Positions 1-10,846 of a stretch of 64,000 nt of DNA are shown here, piece by piece. Origin of the DNA: Betaproteobacteria bacterium (lineage in GTDB: Bacteria > Pseudomonadota > Gammaproteobacteria > Burkholderiales > SG8-41); NCBI GenBank assembly GCA_021732605.1, contig JAKFUS010000029.1, forward strand, positions 25,300 through 89,299. The letters are read 5' to 3'. Both the position numbers and the translations under genes were made by a program. Under the pieces are notes generated by a model that worked only from the letters and a program-made list of their open reading frames with translations, did not search any database and was not told the origin of the DNA. The stretch's first letter is position 1, and every line of letters starts with the position of its first letter.

Positions 1-656
1 TTGAGTACGGTGTGTTCCAGCACAACCCGGTTCAGGTACAGCGCTTCGTACACCGCATTCAGCGTCCATTCCGTGACTTCTTCGCAACGCTCAATCGTGT
101 GGTCGCCGTCCATCAGCACTTCGGGTTCGACGATGGGCACCAGACCGGCTTCCTGGCAGATCGCGGCATAACGCGCCAGGGCGTGGGCGTTGGCGGCGAT
201 GGAGGTAGAGCTTGGCGTGTCGCGGCCGATGTCGATCACGGCACGCCATTTCGCGAACTTGGCACCCAGCTGAACGTATTCGGCGCAGCGCTTGGGCAGG
301 TTGTCGAGTCCTTCAGTGACGGTCTCACCCGGGCACAACGGCAGGGGTTTGGCGCCGGTATCGACCTTGATGCCGGGCAGAACGCCATTTTTCCCCAGCA
401 GTTTGACGAAGGAGCTGCCGTCGGCCGATTTCTGGCGCAGCGTTTCGTCGTAGAGGATCACGCCGCTGATGTGGTCGCCGATGCCGCGGGTCAGGAACAG
501 CATGTCGCGGTAAGCGCGGCGGTTTTCTTCGTTGTTTTCGACGTTGATGCCGTCGAAACGCTTGCCGATAGTGCCGGTGCTTTCGTCGGCGGCAAGTATG
601 CCTTTGCCCGGGGCAACCATCGCCTGGGCGATGGCGGCGAGATCATTTGCTGACAT
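1..656 (-). CDS. fba: Class I (Schiff-base type) fructose-bisphosphate aldolase, first ~218 codons; the 3' end lies beyond the window edge
   Basis: Absent from the ORF track because there is no stop inside the window. My minus-strand translation from the ATG at 656 reads [53 protein letters not shown]...[14 protein letters not shown]...[10 protein letters not shown]...[13 protein letters not shown], which are class I aldolase hallmarks. AGGAG lies 5 nt upstream of the ATG. The track ORF 12..653(+) is its antisense shadow. Confidence 0.85.
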   Translation of the reverse strand, partial: MSANDLAAIAQAMVAPGKGILAADESTGTIGKRFDGINVENNEENRRAYRDMLFLTRGIGDHISGVILYDETLRQKSADGSSFVKLLGKNGVLPGIKVDTGAKPLPLCPGETVTEGLDNLPKRCAEYVQLGAKFAKWRAVIDIGRDTPSSTSIAANAHALARYAAICQEAGLVPIVEPEVLMDGDHTIERCEEVTEWTLNAVYEALYLNRVVLEHTVL

Positions 657-691
657 GGGAACTCCTGCTAAAAAGTCTGGAAAAACGGTCT

Positions 692-748
692 GTGAAAAGG
701 GGAGAATAAGGGGTGAAATAAGGGGTGAAATAAGGGCTAAATAGGGCA
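692..748. repeat. About 5 degenerate tandem copies of a 12-bp unit (GTGAAATAAGGG) in the pyk-fba spacer
   Basis: Read directly: gtgaaaagggga gaataagggg tgaaataagggg tgaaataagggc taaatagggc. On the minus (coding) strand this is CCCTTATTTCAC repeated just upstream of the fba SD. Confidence 0.7.
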
Positions 749-778
749 GTATTTTACACGCGCGAATCTACACGAAAT

Positions 779-2206
779 TCAGTTTTTCCGATGTTCGCCA
801 ACCTTGACGATTTTCATGGTGTTGGTGCCCCCGGCACGGCCGAAGGGTTCGCCGATGGTCAGTACAATCAGATCACCAGTCTGGACAACACCGCGCTTCA
901 ACAGCTCATCCTCCGCCATCAGCAGCGCTTTTTCAGGGTTACGCGCGCCCTTGAAGCGGACCGGATGCACGCCGCGGAACAAGGTCACGCGGCGACGCGT
1001 TTCAATCACTGAGCTCATCGCGTAAATCGGCACCGCGGTAAACATCCGCGACATCATCAGCGCGGTGCGCCCGCTCTGTGTCAGCGCGGCAATGGCTTTG
1101 ATCGCCAGACCCTTGGCCGTGAATGCGGTGGCACGGGCAATCGTCTGCTCGACGTCGAACTCTTTGAGTCCACCCATGCGCTCCGGATAAGTAACGTCCT
1201 CTTTTTCAGCCTCAATGCAGACGCGCACCATGGCAGCGATGGTTTCAGCGGGATACTGGCCGGCGGCGGTTTCCGCCGACAGCATCACGGCGTCGGTGCC
1301 GTCGAGCACGGCATTCGCCACATCAGATACTTCAGCGCGGGTAGGGATCGGGCTGGAAATCATCGACTCCATCATCTGCGTCGCAGTGATCGTCAGTTTC
1401 TGCTTTTCGCGCGCCATGCGGATCATCTTCTTCTGCAGCGCCGGCACCACGGCATCACCCACTTCGACCGCGAGGTCGCCGCGCGCCACCATGATGGCAT
1501 CCGAGGCGTCGAGAATTTCTTCCAGCGCCGGAATCGCCTCGGCGCGTTCGATCTTGGACACGATCAAGCCGTGGCCGCCGGCCTTGGTCAGCAGGTCGCG
1601 TGCCCAGCGCACATCCTCGCCCGAGCGCGGGAAGGACACGCCGAGGAAGTCGGCCTTGAGTTCAGCGGCGAGTTTGATGTCCAGTTTGTCTTTTTCGGTC
1701 AGCGCAGGCGCAGTCAGGCCGCCGCCCTTGCGGTTGATGCCCTTGTTGTTCGACAGCAAGCCGCCCTGTTCCACCACCGTGGTGATGCGCGGACCGCGTA
1801 CATTGACCACACCCAGTACCAGGCGGCCGTCGTCGAGTAGCAGCGTGTCACCAGTGCGCACATCCTTGGGCAGGTTTTTGTAATCGAGGCCGACCACGTT
1901 CTGATCACCCAGCTTGCACTCAGCGTCGAGCACGAACTTCGCACCCTGGACCAGCGTGATTTTGCCGTCCTTGAATTTGCCGATGCGGATTTTCGGGCCC
2001 TGCAGATCGACCAGCACGCCGACTGCGCGGCCGGCCTTGCGCGCCAGTTGGCGTACTAAATTAACCCGGGCACGGTGTTCATCAGGCGTGCCGTGGGAAA
2101 AATTGATGCGCACCACGTCGAGGCCGGCTTCGATCATGCGAGCCAGCGTTTTGGCGTCGCTGGACGCGGGGCCCAGTGTGGCCACCACTTTTGTTCTGCG
2201 GATCAT
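779..2206 (-). CDS. pyk: Pyruvate kinase
   Basis: Track ORF 779..2215. Sequence MIRRTKVVATLGPASS...VDLQGPKIRIG...MVARGDLAVEV. I prefer the ATG at 2206, preceded by AGGTGG 5 nt upstream, over the GTG at 2215. Confidence 0.93.
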   Translation of the reverse strand: MIRRTKVVATLGPASSDAKTLARMIEAGLDVVRINFSHGTPDEHRARVNLVRQLARKAGRAVGVLVDLQGPKIRIGKFKDGKITLVQGAKFVLDAECKLGDQNVVGLDYKNLPKDVRTGDTLLLDDGRLVLGVVNVRGPRITTVVEQGGLLSNNKGINRKGGGLTAPALTEKDKLDIKLAAELKADFLGVSFPRSGEDVRWARDLLTKAGGHGLIVSKIERAEAIPALEEILDASDAIMVARGDLAVEVGDAVVPALQKKMIRMAREKQKLTITATQMMESMISSPIPTRAEVSDVANAVLDGTDAVMLSAETAAGQYPAETIAAMVRVCIEAEKEDVTYPERMGGLKEFDVEQTIARATAFTAKGLAIKAIAALTQSGRTALMMSRMFTAVPIYAMSSVIETRRRVTLFRGVHPVRFKGARNPEKALLMAEDELLKRGVVQTGDLIVLTIGEPFGRAGGTNTMKIVKVGEHRKN

Positions 2207-2232
2207 CTGCGCCACCTATTCCGTTAGCGACT

Positions 2233-2380
2233 ATTGAAAACAGCCGTACTCATGGTGCTGATCAATGAATCAGAAATTGCCAACTCTCGTTAAATCAAAA
2301 AATTGTAAGCGTGTGCGCTCATCATTTTTTCAACGACCTGTTAGTGCTACCTCCGGCGCGCGCTGAATGCGCGTGCCGCC
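2233..2380 (+). repeat. Copy A of a dispersed intergenic repeat (pgk-pyk spacer), ending in a GC hairpin
   Basis: Colinear blocks are shared with 15984..16142. ATTGAAAAC occurs at 2233 and 15984. CATGGTGCTG (2251) matches GATGGTGATG (16020). The 30-mers at 2291..2320 and 16040..16069 agree at 23/30. The 25-mers TCATCATTTTTTCAACGACCTGTTA (2319..2343) and TCATCACTTTTTCAACGGCCTGTGA (16096..16120) agree at 22/25. A hairpin follows: GGCGCGCGC-tgaat-GCGCGTGCC (2355..2377). Confidence 0.6.
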
Positions 2381-2414
2381 CTGCCTTATGTTGCTCGATC
2401 TTATTTGCGCGATC

Positions 2415-3596
2415 TTATTTTGCCCTCTGCTCCAATACTTCAACCGCCGGCAGCGTTTTGCCCTCGAGAAACTCCAGGAACGCCCCGCCGCCGGTGGAAA
2501 TATAGGACACCTTGTCGGCGATACCGTATTTAGCAACCGCGGCCAGCGTATCGCCGCCGCCGGCAATGGAAAACGCCGGTGATGCGGCAATGGCTTCAGC
2601 AATCGCTTTGGTGCCGCCGGCGAACTGGTCATATTCAAACACGCCGACCGGGCCATTCCAAACGATAGTGCCGGCCGTGGCAATCAGTCCGGCAAAAGTT
2701 TTTGCGGTTTTGGCGCCGACATCGAGAATCAGATCGTCGGGTCGCACGGCATCGGCCGCGATCGGATTGGCCCGCGCCAGTGCTGACAATTCATCAGCAA
2801 CCACCACATCCACCGGCAGCGGTACTGTGGCGCCGCGCGCCTTCATGATGTCGATGATGGCTTGCGCTTCACCGACCAGATCGGGTTCGGCCAGCGATTT
2901 GCCAATGCGCATGCCGGAAGCGAGCATGAAGGTATTGGCAATGCCGCCCCCCACAATCAGCTGGTCCACCTTGGACGCCAGCGCCTTGAGAATGGTCAGT
3001 TTCGTCGAGACTTTAGAACCCGCAACAATGGCCAACAGCGGCCGCGCCGGATTGCTCAGCGCCTTGCCCAGGGCGTCGAGCTCGGCCGCCATCAGCGGAC
3101 CGGCACAGGCGACTGGCGCAAACTTCGCGATGCCGTGGGTCGTGGCCTCGGCACGATGCGCGGTACCGAAGGCGTCATTCACATAGATGTCGCACAACGC
3201 CGCCATCCTGCGTGCCAGCGCTTCGTCGTTTTTTTTCTCGCCTTTATTAACGCGGCAATTTTCCAGCAGTACGACTTCTCCGGGTTTGACGTCAACGCCG
3301 TTCTCAACCCAGTTCTGCAACAGGCGTACTGGCTGGCCGAGCACTTCGGATATACGTTTCGCGATCGGCGCCAACGAGTCTTCGGGCTTGAGCGTGCCCT
3401 CGGTCGGACGTCCAAGGTGGGACGTCACCATCACCGCGGCGCCCGCAGCGAGGGCGTGTTTGATGCCGGGGATGGTGGCGCGGATACGCGTGTCTTCGCT
3501 GATGTTGCCGGCGTCGTCCTGCGGCACATTCAGGTCGGCACGGATGAATACGCGTTTGCCGGCGAGCGGCAGGTCAGTGAGCCTCAGAAACTTCAT
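2415..3596 (-). CDS. pgk: Phosphoglycerate kinase
   Basis: 393 aa: [25 protein letters not shown]...[14 protein letters not shown]. Confidence 0.96.
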   Translation of the reverse strand: MKFLRLTDLPLAGKRVFIRADLNVPQDDAGNISEDTRIRATIPGIKHALAAGAAVMVTSHLGRPTEGTLKPEDSLAPIAKRISEVLGQPVRLLQNWVENGVDVKPGEVVLLENCRVNKGEKKNDEALARRMAALCDIYVNDAFGTAHRAEATTHGIAKFAPVACAGPLMAAELDALGKALSNPARPLLAIVAGSKVSTKLTILKALASKVDQLIVGGGIANTFMLASGMRIGKSLAEPDLVGEAQAIIDIMKARGATVPLPVDVVVADELSALARANPIAADAVRPDDLILDVGAKTAKTFAGLIATAGTIVWNGPVGVFEYDQFAGGTKAIAEAIAASPAFSIAGGGDTLAAVAKYGIADKVSYISTGGGAFLEFLEGKTLPAVEVLEQRAK

Positions 3597-3617
3597 GCGC
3601 TGGCCGAATCCCTGCGC

Positions 3618-4634
<1,017 letters not shown>

Positions 4635-4670
4635 TTAAAAAATTCTGTTAAAAATAAGGTTGAAAATGCG

Positions 4671-6677
4671 TTATGCCTGCAACACGCTGTGCACCGCCGT
4701 CGCGACATTGTCCGCGGTGATGTCGAAAAATTTATACAGTTCATTGATCGGCGCCGATTCGCCGAAACGGTCGATGCCGATCACCGCACCTTCGAGTCCG
4801 ACATATTTGCGCCAGTAATCCGTGACCCCGGCTTCGACTGCGACCCGCGGCAAGCCACGAGGCAATACAGCAGCACGGTAAGCAGCGTCCTGACGATCAA
4901 AAATCGAGGTGCAGGGCATGGACACCACGCGCACCGCAACACCGGCCGTGGCCAGCGCCTGCTGTGCCGCCAGGGCAATCGCGACTTCGGAGCCGGTGGC
5001 GATGATTACGGCACGCGCCGCTCCACCCGCGGCTTCGGACAAGACATAAGCACCGCGGTTGATGGCTGCAATCTGTTCTGTGCTGCGCTGCTGGAAGGCG
5101 AGGTTCTGCCGCGACAGCAGCAGGCTGGTCGGGCCGTCACGGCGTTCGATCGCCGCAGCCCAGGCTGCCGTGGTTTCGACGGTATCGCAGGGCCGCCACA
5201 CATCCATATTGGGAATCAGGCGCAGCGTCGCTGCATGTTCCACCGGCTGATGGGTAGGGCCGTCTTCACCGAGGCCGATTGAGTCGTGGGTGAACACGCA
5301 GATCACGCGCTGCTTCATCAGCGCCGCCATGCGCAGCGCATTGCGTGCGTAATCGGAGAACACCAGGAAAGTCGCGTGGTAGGGAATCAGGCCGCCGTGC
5401 AGCGCAATGCCGTTGCAGATCGCGGCCATGCCGAATTCGCGCACACCGAAATAAATGTAATTGCCGCCACTGCTCGCGCTCACACCCTTGGAGCCGGACC
5501 ACAAGGTCAGGTTGGAGCCGGCGAGGTCGGCCGAACCGCCGATCAGTTCCGGCAATGCCGGCGCAAAACCCTCGATTGCATTCTGCGAAGCCTTGCGCGT
5601 GGCAATGGTTTCGGCTTTTTGCACGGTCTGCGCCATGAAGGCATCACGATGTGCGGGCCAGCCGGCGGGCAATTCACCGCTCATGCGACGTTTGAATTCC
5701 GCAGCCAGTTCAGGATGCGCGGCGGCATAGGCAGAAAATTTCTGGTTCCAGTCAGTTTCCCGCGCAGCACCGTGCTCACGCGCATTCCATTCGGCGCGCA
5801 CCGCTTCCGGAATTTCAAACGGTGCATACGGCCAGTTGATTGCGGCGCGGGTAGCAGCGATTTCTTCAGCACCCAGTGGTGCGCCATGCGCGCCACCAGT
5901 GTTCTGTTTTTTCGGCGCGCCCTTGCCGATCAAGGTCTTGCAGCAGATCAGCGTCGGCCGACCGGTTTCAGCCTGGGCCTGACGGATCGCGGCATCAACG
6001 GCATCCGTGTCATGACCATCCACGCCGTAGATGACGTTCCAGCCGTAAGCCGCGAAACGCTGCGGGGTATTATCTGTAAACCATTGTTTTATTTGACCTT
6101 TTTCTGAATCTATGGAGATGCCGTTGTCGTCATACAAAGCAATCAGTTTGCTTAATTTCAGTGTGCCGGCCAGCGCGCAGGCTTCATGCGACACACCTTC
6201 CATCAGGCAACCATCGCCGAGGAAGACATAAGTCCGATGATCAACAACGATATGGCCACCGCGGTTAAAAGTTTCGGCGAGCACACGCTCGCTGAGCGCC
6301 ATGCCTACGGCGTTGGCAATGCCTTGGCCGAGCGGACCGGTGGTGGTCTCGATGCCGGGCGCCATGCCGTGTTCGGGATGGCCTGCCGTTTTGGAATGCA
6401 GCTGGCGAAAACGCTTCAGTTCTTCGATCGGCAGGTCGTAGCCGGTCAGGTGCAACAATCCGTAGAGCAGCATCGAGCCGTGGCCATTCGACAGTACGAA
6501 ACGATCGCGATTGGCCCACTGCGGATTGGCAGGATTGTGGCGCAGATGACGGTGCCACAAGGCTTCGGCGATTTCCGCCATGCCCATCGGCATGCCGGGG
6601 TGGCCGGAGTTGGCCTGCTGCACTGCGTCCATTGCCAACGCGCGCAGCGCGTTCGCCAACTCGGGTCGGGAACTCAT
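4671..6677 (-). CDS. tkt: Transketolase
   Basis: 668 aa: ...[16 protein letters not shown]...[13 protein letters not shown]...[16 protein letters not shown]. Confidence 0.96.
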   Translation of the reverse strand: MSSRPELANALRALAMDAVQQANSGHPGMPMGMAEIAEALWHRHLRHNPANPQWANRDRFVLSNGHGSMLLYGLLHLTGYDLPIEELKRFRQLHSKTAGHPEHGMAPGIETTTGPLGQGIANAVGMALSERVLAETFNRGGHIVVDHRTYVFLGDGCLMEGVSHEACALAGTLKLSKLIALYDDNGISIDSEKGQIKQWFTDNTPQRFAAYGWNVIYGVDGHDTDAVDAAIRQAQAETGRPTLICCKTLIGKGAPKKQNTGGAHGAPLGAEEIAATRAAINWPYAPFEIPEAVRAEWNAREHGAARETDWNQKFSAYAAAHPELAAEFKRRMSGELPAGWPAHRDAFMAQTVQKAETIATRKASQNAIEGFAPALPELIGGSADLAGSNLTLWSGSKGVSASSGGNYIYFGVREFGMAAICNGIALHGGLIPYHATFLVFSDYARNALRMAALMKQRVICVFTHDSIGLGEDGPTHQPVEHAATLRLIPNMDVWRPCDTVETTAAWAAAIERRDGPTSLLLSRQNLAFQQRSTEQIAAINRGAYVLSEAAGGAARAVIIATGSEVAIALAAQQALATAGVAVRVVSMPCTSIFDRQDAAYRAAVLPRGLPRVAVEAGVTDYWRKYVGLEGAVIGIDRFGESAPINELYKFFDITADNVATAVHSVLQA

Positions 6678-6796
6678 GGCTTGCTTGATCCTGGCGATAC
6701 GATTTTGATGAAAAAGCGGAGCGGAAAAGGCGTAATTATAGCGGCAGCGCCATTACCGCGGCGAGGGTTGCGGCCGCCGCGCCGCCGCCGGCCGGA

Positions 6797-8050
6797 TCAC
6801 TCCTCGTTCTTGCGCGAGGTCTTGATGCCCAAGTGCTTGAGCTTGCGATACAAATGTGTACGCTCGAGGCCCACCACATCGGCCACCCGGCTGATATTGC
6901 CGCCTTCCCGGGCCAGGTGGTACTCGAAATAGACGCGCTCAAAGGCGTCGCGCGCGTCACGCAGCGGCGCATCGAGCTGCAACGATGCCGCTGCATTCGG
7001 CGCCGCGGACTGTGGCAGCACACGCTGTACTTCTTCCAGCGAAATCTGTTCGCCGACCGCGGTGTTGGCCAGTGTCTGCACCACGCTGCGCAATTCGGAA
7101 AAATTACCCGGCCAGTCATGGGTGCGCAGGGTATTCAGCGCCGCGGTGCTGAAATGCCGCGGCGGCACCAGTTTCTGCTCGACCAGATCGTTGAGCATGA
7201 CGCCGGCGAGTTCCGGTATGTCATCACGCTGATCGCGCAGCAAGGGCAACTGGATGGTGGTCGCGCCCAGCAGTTGATAGACGCGGTCGTCATAGCCGCC
7301 CTCAGCCACCAGTCCGGACAAGGGGCGCGTCGCAGCGCAAACCACGCGCACGTTGTAACGCTCGGCCTGCGACAGCAGCACCTGCAGGCCGCGCTGCTCG
7401 AGTTTGCTGAATTCGGCGACATCGCGTACGAATAAGGTGCCGCCGCGCGCCGCCTGCAGCAGGTCCAGCGGCGTCTCCACGGTCTGCGTGCCATGATCGA
7501 CCACGTGCCACGGATTGCTCGGCACATGCAGTGCACGCGCGCAGGCCTCGAAGGCGCAACCGGGCGCACCCTGGATCAGTACCGGCGCGCGGCCAGCGGC
7601 GATACGCTCAAGACGTTGTTTCAGTTCCTGGATCACCGGCGTGCGGCCGAGCATCGCCAGCGCGGCTGCAGTATGCGGCCGCTGTTCACCGCGGGTAATG
7701 GCGCGACCGACCGTTGCCAGCAGTTTCTGCAGGGCGATCGGTTTTTCCAGAAAATCATAGGCGCCGATGCGGGTGGCCTCGACTGCGGTATCGATGGTGC
7801 CGTGACCCGACATCATCACCACCGGCATGGTCAGTTGCCCGCTGCTGGCCCATTCCTTGAGCAGGGTGATGCCGTCGGTATCCGGCATCCAGATATCCAA
7901 TAGCACCAAGTCCGGCCGGATCTGGGTGCGGAAAGTGCGAGCAGCCCCGGCGTTTTCCGCGAGCCGCACATCGTAGCCTTCATCGGAAAGGATTTCCGAC
8001 AGCAGTTCGCGGATACCTACTTCGTCGTCTACTACCAGGATTTGTCGCAT
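6797..8050 (-). CDS. ntrX: NtrX-type response regulator (REC + degenerate sigma54-activator-like AAA+ domain + Fis-type HTH)
   Basis: The track ORF 6797..8140 was trimmed to the ATG at 8050 (MRQILVVDDEVGIRELL...DIWMPDTDG). C-terminal HTH: GGNISRVADVVGLERTHLYRKLK. It lies immediately downstream of ntrY. Confidence 0.85.
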   Translation of the reverse strand: MRQILVVDDEVGIRELLSEILSDEGYDVRLAENAGAARTFRTQIRPDLVLLDIWMPDTDGITLLKEWASSGQLTMPVVMMSGHGTIDTAVEATRIGAYDFLEKPIALQKLLATVGRAITRGEQRPHTAAALAMLGRTPVIQELKQRLERIAAGRAPVLIQGAPGCAFEACARALHVPSNPWHVVDHGTQTVETPLDLLQAARGGTLFVRDVAEFSKLEQRGLQVLLSQAERYNVRVVCAATRPLSGLVAEGGYDDRVYQLLGATTIQLPLLRDQRDDIPELAGVMLNDLVEQKLVPPRHFSTAALNTLRTHDWPGNFSELRSVVQTLANTAVGEQISLEEVQRVLPQSAAPNAAASLQLDAPLRDARDAFERVYFEYHLAREGGNISRVADVVGLERTHLYRKLKHLGIKTSRKNEE

Positions 8051-8081
8051 AGTGGTTGGTAACTGTGTCTGTTTAAATTGT

Positions 8082-10268
8082 TCAGGCAGCCGAACGTTCG
8101 CCGGTGCCCTGATTGGCCGCAGGCAGCATGATTGCCACACGGGCGCCGTGCGGTACTACATTGGTGATGGTGACTTCGCCATGGTGTTCCTCGACGATCT
8201 TGCGCACGATTGAAAGACCGAGCCCGGTGCCGCGCGGTTTGGTTGTCACATACGGCTCGAACGCCCGCTTCATCAGTTGTTCCGGGAAACCGGTGCCATT
8301 GTCGGTCACCGAAAGTTCGGCGCGGCCGTCGCGCACCGCGGTCGCGATCTCGATGTACGGCGCCTCGGTGCCGGTCAGAGCATCCTGCGCATTCTGCAGC
8401 AGATTGTGGATGACCTGCCTGATCTGCGTGGCGTCACCGTGCACCGGCGGCAGCGCCGTCGCCAGATTGATTTTCATGCTCGAACCGAGTGATTCATAAA
8501 GCATCAGCACTTCACGGATCAGTGCATTCAGATCAAGCGGTCGCAGCGCGGGCTCTGGTGTGCGCGCATACTGACTGAAGGCATCGACCATGCGTTTCAG
8601 CGCGGCCACCTGGCTGACGATGGTCTGCGTTGAGCGCACGAGGATTTCGGCATCCGCCGGCGACAGCTTGGGTTCGAGCTTTAGCTGAATGCGTTCTGCC
8701 GAGAGCTGGATGGGGGTCAGCGGATTCTTAATCTCATGGGCAAGCCGCCGCGCGACCTCAGCCCACGCAGCATCACGCTGCGCCTGCAGTAATTGCGTCA
8801 CATCATCGAATACGACGATCAGGCCGGTGTCGCTGCCCTCGCCGAAGCGGGTGCCGCGCAGCAACAGCGCCTGTGTGCCGCCTTTCACTTCGCGCTCGAC
8901 CTGACGCTGCCATTCCACCGCATCGGGGCGGGCGAAGGCATCCGTCACCGCCTGCACCAGCGGTGTCAGCGTGGCGTCCATCGCCGGCCAGTCCTTCAAG
9001 GCGGCATCCAGCAGCAGTGCATGGTCAGCGCCGAGAATTTGCGCAGCACTCGGATTTGCAGAACGCAGGCGCAGCCCGGCGTCAAACGTCAACACGCCCG
9101 CCGACAGATGCGCCAGCACGCTTTCGAGATAGGCCTTGGCATGGGCCACTTGCGCCTGATTGCGCTCGACCCGCGCCTGCGCTTCGGCGAGTTGCAGCGT
9201 CATGCTGTTAAAGGACTGCGTTAGCTGGCCGAGTTCGTCGCGGCTGGCCACTGCGGCGCGACGGCTGAAGTCGCCCTGTGCCACTGCGCGCGTGCCTTCG
9301 ACCAGCGCGCTCAGCGGGGCCGACAAACGATTGGACAGCACAAACGCCAGACCCAGAGAGGACAGCAAGGCGAGCAGCAGTGTCAGTGTCAGCGTGATTG
9401 CATAAAGTCGTTTCAGGCCGCGCCGCGACAACTGCAGTTCCTGGTATTCGCGGTAACCGGTTTGTACAACCTCGGCATCACGCGCCAGTTGCGCGGGCAC
9501 CGCCTGCAGCAATTGCAGCACGCGGATCTCTTCCGTCAGCGCCACCACATTGACCGGCGCCAGCGCGCGCAGGTACAAGCCGCGCTCGGGTATGGCTTCG
9601 ATCACGCTGTAGATCTGCTGCAAACGAATCTGCCGCATCGCAGCGGCCCCCGGCCCTTCGGGCACCATGCCACTGCTCTCGTTTCCGGAAAATGCCAGCA
9701 CCCTGCCACGCGGGCTGAACAGCGTGGCTTCATCGACCGCAGCCTGTTCGCGCAGTTCGTTCAGTGCGGTGATGTGTTCAGATGCCGGCCGCATCGACAG
9801 CGTCAATGCCATCCGGTCGGCTTTGGCCGCCAGTTCTTTCAGGCGACCATCCAGCGTGCGGCGACCGAGATTGAGGCCGCTTTCCAATGCGCTGTCCAGC
9901 CGCACTTCGAACCAGGATTCGATGCTCTGCGACACGAACTGCACGGACACGCCGTAAATCAGCGCGCCGGGAAGCACCGCCATCAGCCCGAACAGGGCGA
10001 CCAGACGCAGCGTCAGTTTGGCGCCAAACACCCCCGCTTTGAGGCGTCCACGCAGGCTGACCAGTTGATACGCAACCATGCCGGCGAGCAGCACTGCGAT
10101 TCCCAGGTTGACGCCCAGCAACGTCGGATAGTACTCGGAGAACAAGGCCGAGTTGGTGCTCACCGACGCCAGCAGGAATACCGCAATCACGCCGAGTGCG
10201 ACGCACAGCAGCAGCAGACAACGCATGACTGCGCCGGTTCGCGGCAGTTTGCCGGAAATGGTGGTCAT
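8082..10268 (-). CDS. ntrY: NtrY-type sensor histidine kinase (TM-HAMP-PAS-HisKA-HATPase)
   Basis: H-box is AHEIKNPLTPIQLSAERI. N/G boxes are QVIHNLLQNA and DNGTGF...GTGLGLSIV. I set the start at ATG 10268, which forms an ATGA overlap with the upstream gene's stop. The track start at 10310 is also possible. Confidence 0.88.
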   Translation of the reverse strand: MTTISGKLPRTGAVMRCLLLLCVALGVIAVFLLASVSTNSALFSEYYPTLLGVNLGIAVLLAGMVAYQLVSLRGRLKAGVFGAKLTLRLVALFGLMAVLPGALIYGVSVQFVSQSIESWFEVRLDSALESGLNLGRRTLDGRLKELAAKADRMALTLSMRPASEHITALNELREQAAVDEATLFSPRGRVLAFSGNESSGMVPEGPGAAAMRQIRLQQIYSVIEAIPERGLYLRALAPVNVVALTEEIRVLQLLQAVPAQLARDAEVVQTGYREYQELQLSRRGLKRLYAITLTLTLLLALLSSLGLAFVLSNRLSAPLSALVEGTRAVAQGDFSRRAAVASRDELGQLTQSFNSMTLQLAEAQARVERNQAQVAHAKAYLESVLAHLSAGVLTFDAGLRLRSANPSAAQILGADHALLLDAALKDWPAMDATLTPLVQAVTDAFARPDAVEWQRQVEREVKGGTQALLLRGTRFGEGSDTGLIVVFDDVTQLLQAQRDAAWAEVARRLAHEIKNPLTPIQLSAERIQLKLEPKLSPADAEILVRSTQTIVSQVAALKRMVDAFSQYARTPEPALRPLDLNALIREVLMLYESLGSSMKINLATALPPVHGDATQIRQVIHNLLQNAQDALTGTEAPYIEIATAVRDGRAELSVTDNGTGFPEQLMKRAFEPYVTTKPRGTGLGLSIVRKIVEEHHGEVTITNVVPHGARVAIMLPAANQGTGERSAA

Positions 10269-10846
10269 GGCGTCACCGCCCAGCGCGCCCAATCCGAGCC
10301 GATATTCCATTCCCGGGATCCCAGCGCATTCAGGTTGAAGGGCTTGGGCAGTTGCGAGGTATCAAGCCGCAGCCGCAGGCCGGCCATGTAACTGGTGCCT
10401 TTGCTCAGCGTGCCAAGCTCCAGATCTTCCCGCCGCCGCACCCTGGTCATGATCTGCAGCGCCTCGGCCAGAGTCGGAAAATTCTGATAGAACGCGCCGA
10501 CGCCAATGCGGTACTGGCGCGTCAGCGCATTGAATTGCAGGCGGTACTGCTGTTGCCGGCTTACGGCCTTGTCGTTGAACCAGTACCAACGCGAACGAAC
10601 CATCTCGAATTCAAGCAAGAAATAAAGCGGAATACCCTTGTGCAGCGCGTCTTCAAGCGGTGCGGACAGAATAATGTCGATATCAGCTTCCAGCAGATAA
10701 TGATCATCTGCCGTGGTGACCGTGGCACGGCGCACGTCGATGCCATGGGTCTGCGCGGCGAGCTGCGCCGGCATCGCGAGAGCGAGCGCCAGCAGCAGTG
10801 CCGCAAACTCAAACTTTTTCCAGAAGGGCGTAGAAAAAACCATCAT
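10265..10846 (-). CDS. Secreted DUF4390-like protein conserved between rsmB and ntrY
   Basis: 193 aa with an N-terminal signal-like segment (FEFAALLLALALAMPAQLAAQ). Family assignment rests on memory of the rsmB-DUF4390-ntrYX synteny and was not tested. Its start overlaps the rsmB 3' end. Confidence 0.6.
   Translation of the reverse strand: MMVFSTPFWKKFEFAALLLALALAMPAQLAAQTHGIDVRRATVTTADDHYLLEADIDIILSAPLEDALHKGIPLYFLLEFEMVRSRWYWFNDKAVSRQQQYRLQFNALTRQYRIGVGAFYQNFPTLAEALQIMTRVRRREDLELGTLSKGTSYMAGLRLRLDTSQLPKPFNLNALGSREWNIGSDWARWAVTP

Noticed and set aside
12-653. 213-aa plus-strand ORF at the left edge
   Set aside because: It is fully antisense to a much better supported class I aldolase reading frame. 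It has Arg/Gly/Ala/Val-rich composition and no recognisable motif. It is a typical GC-rich shadow ORF.
6735-6740. Perfect TATAAT (minus strand) upstream of tkt as a promoter
   Set aside because: No acceptable -35 lies 16-18 bp upstream; that region is GC-rich (gccgcg). A lone hexamer is insufficient evidence.
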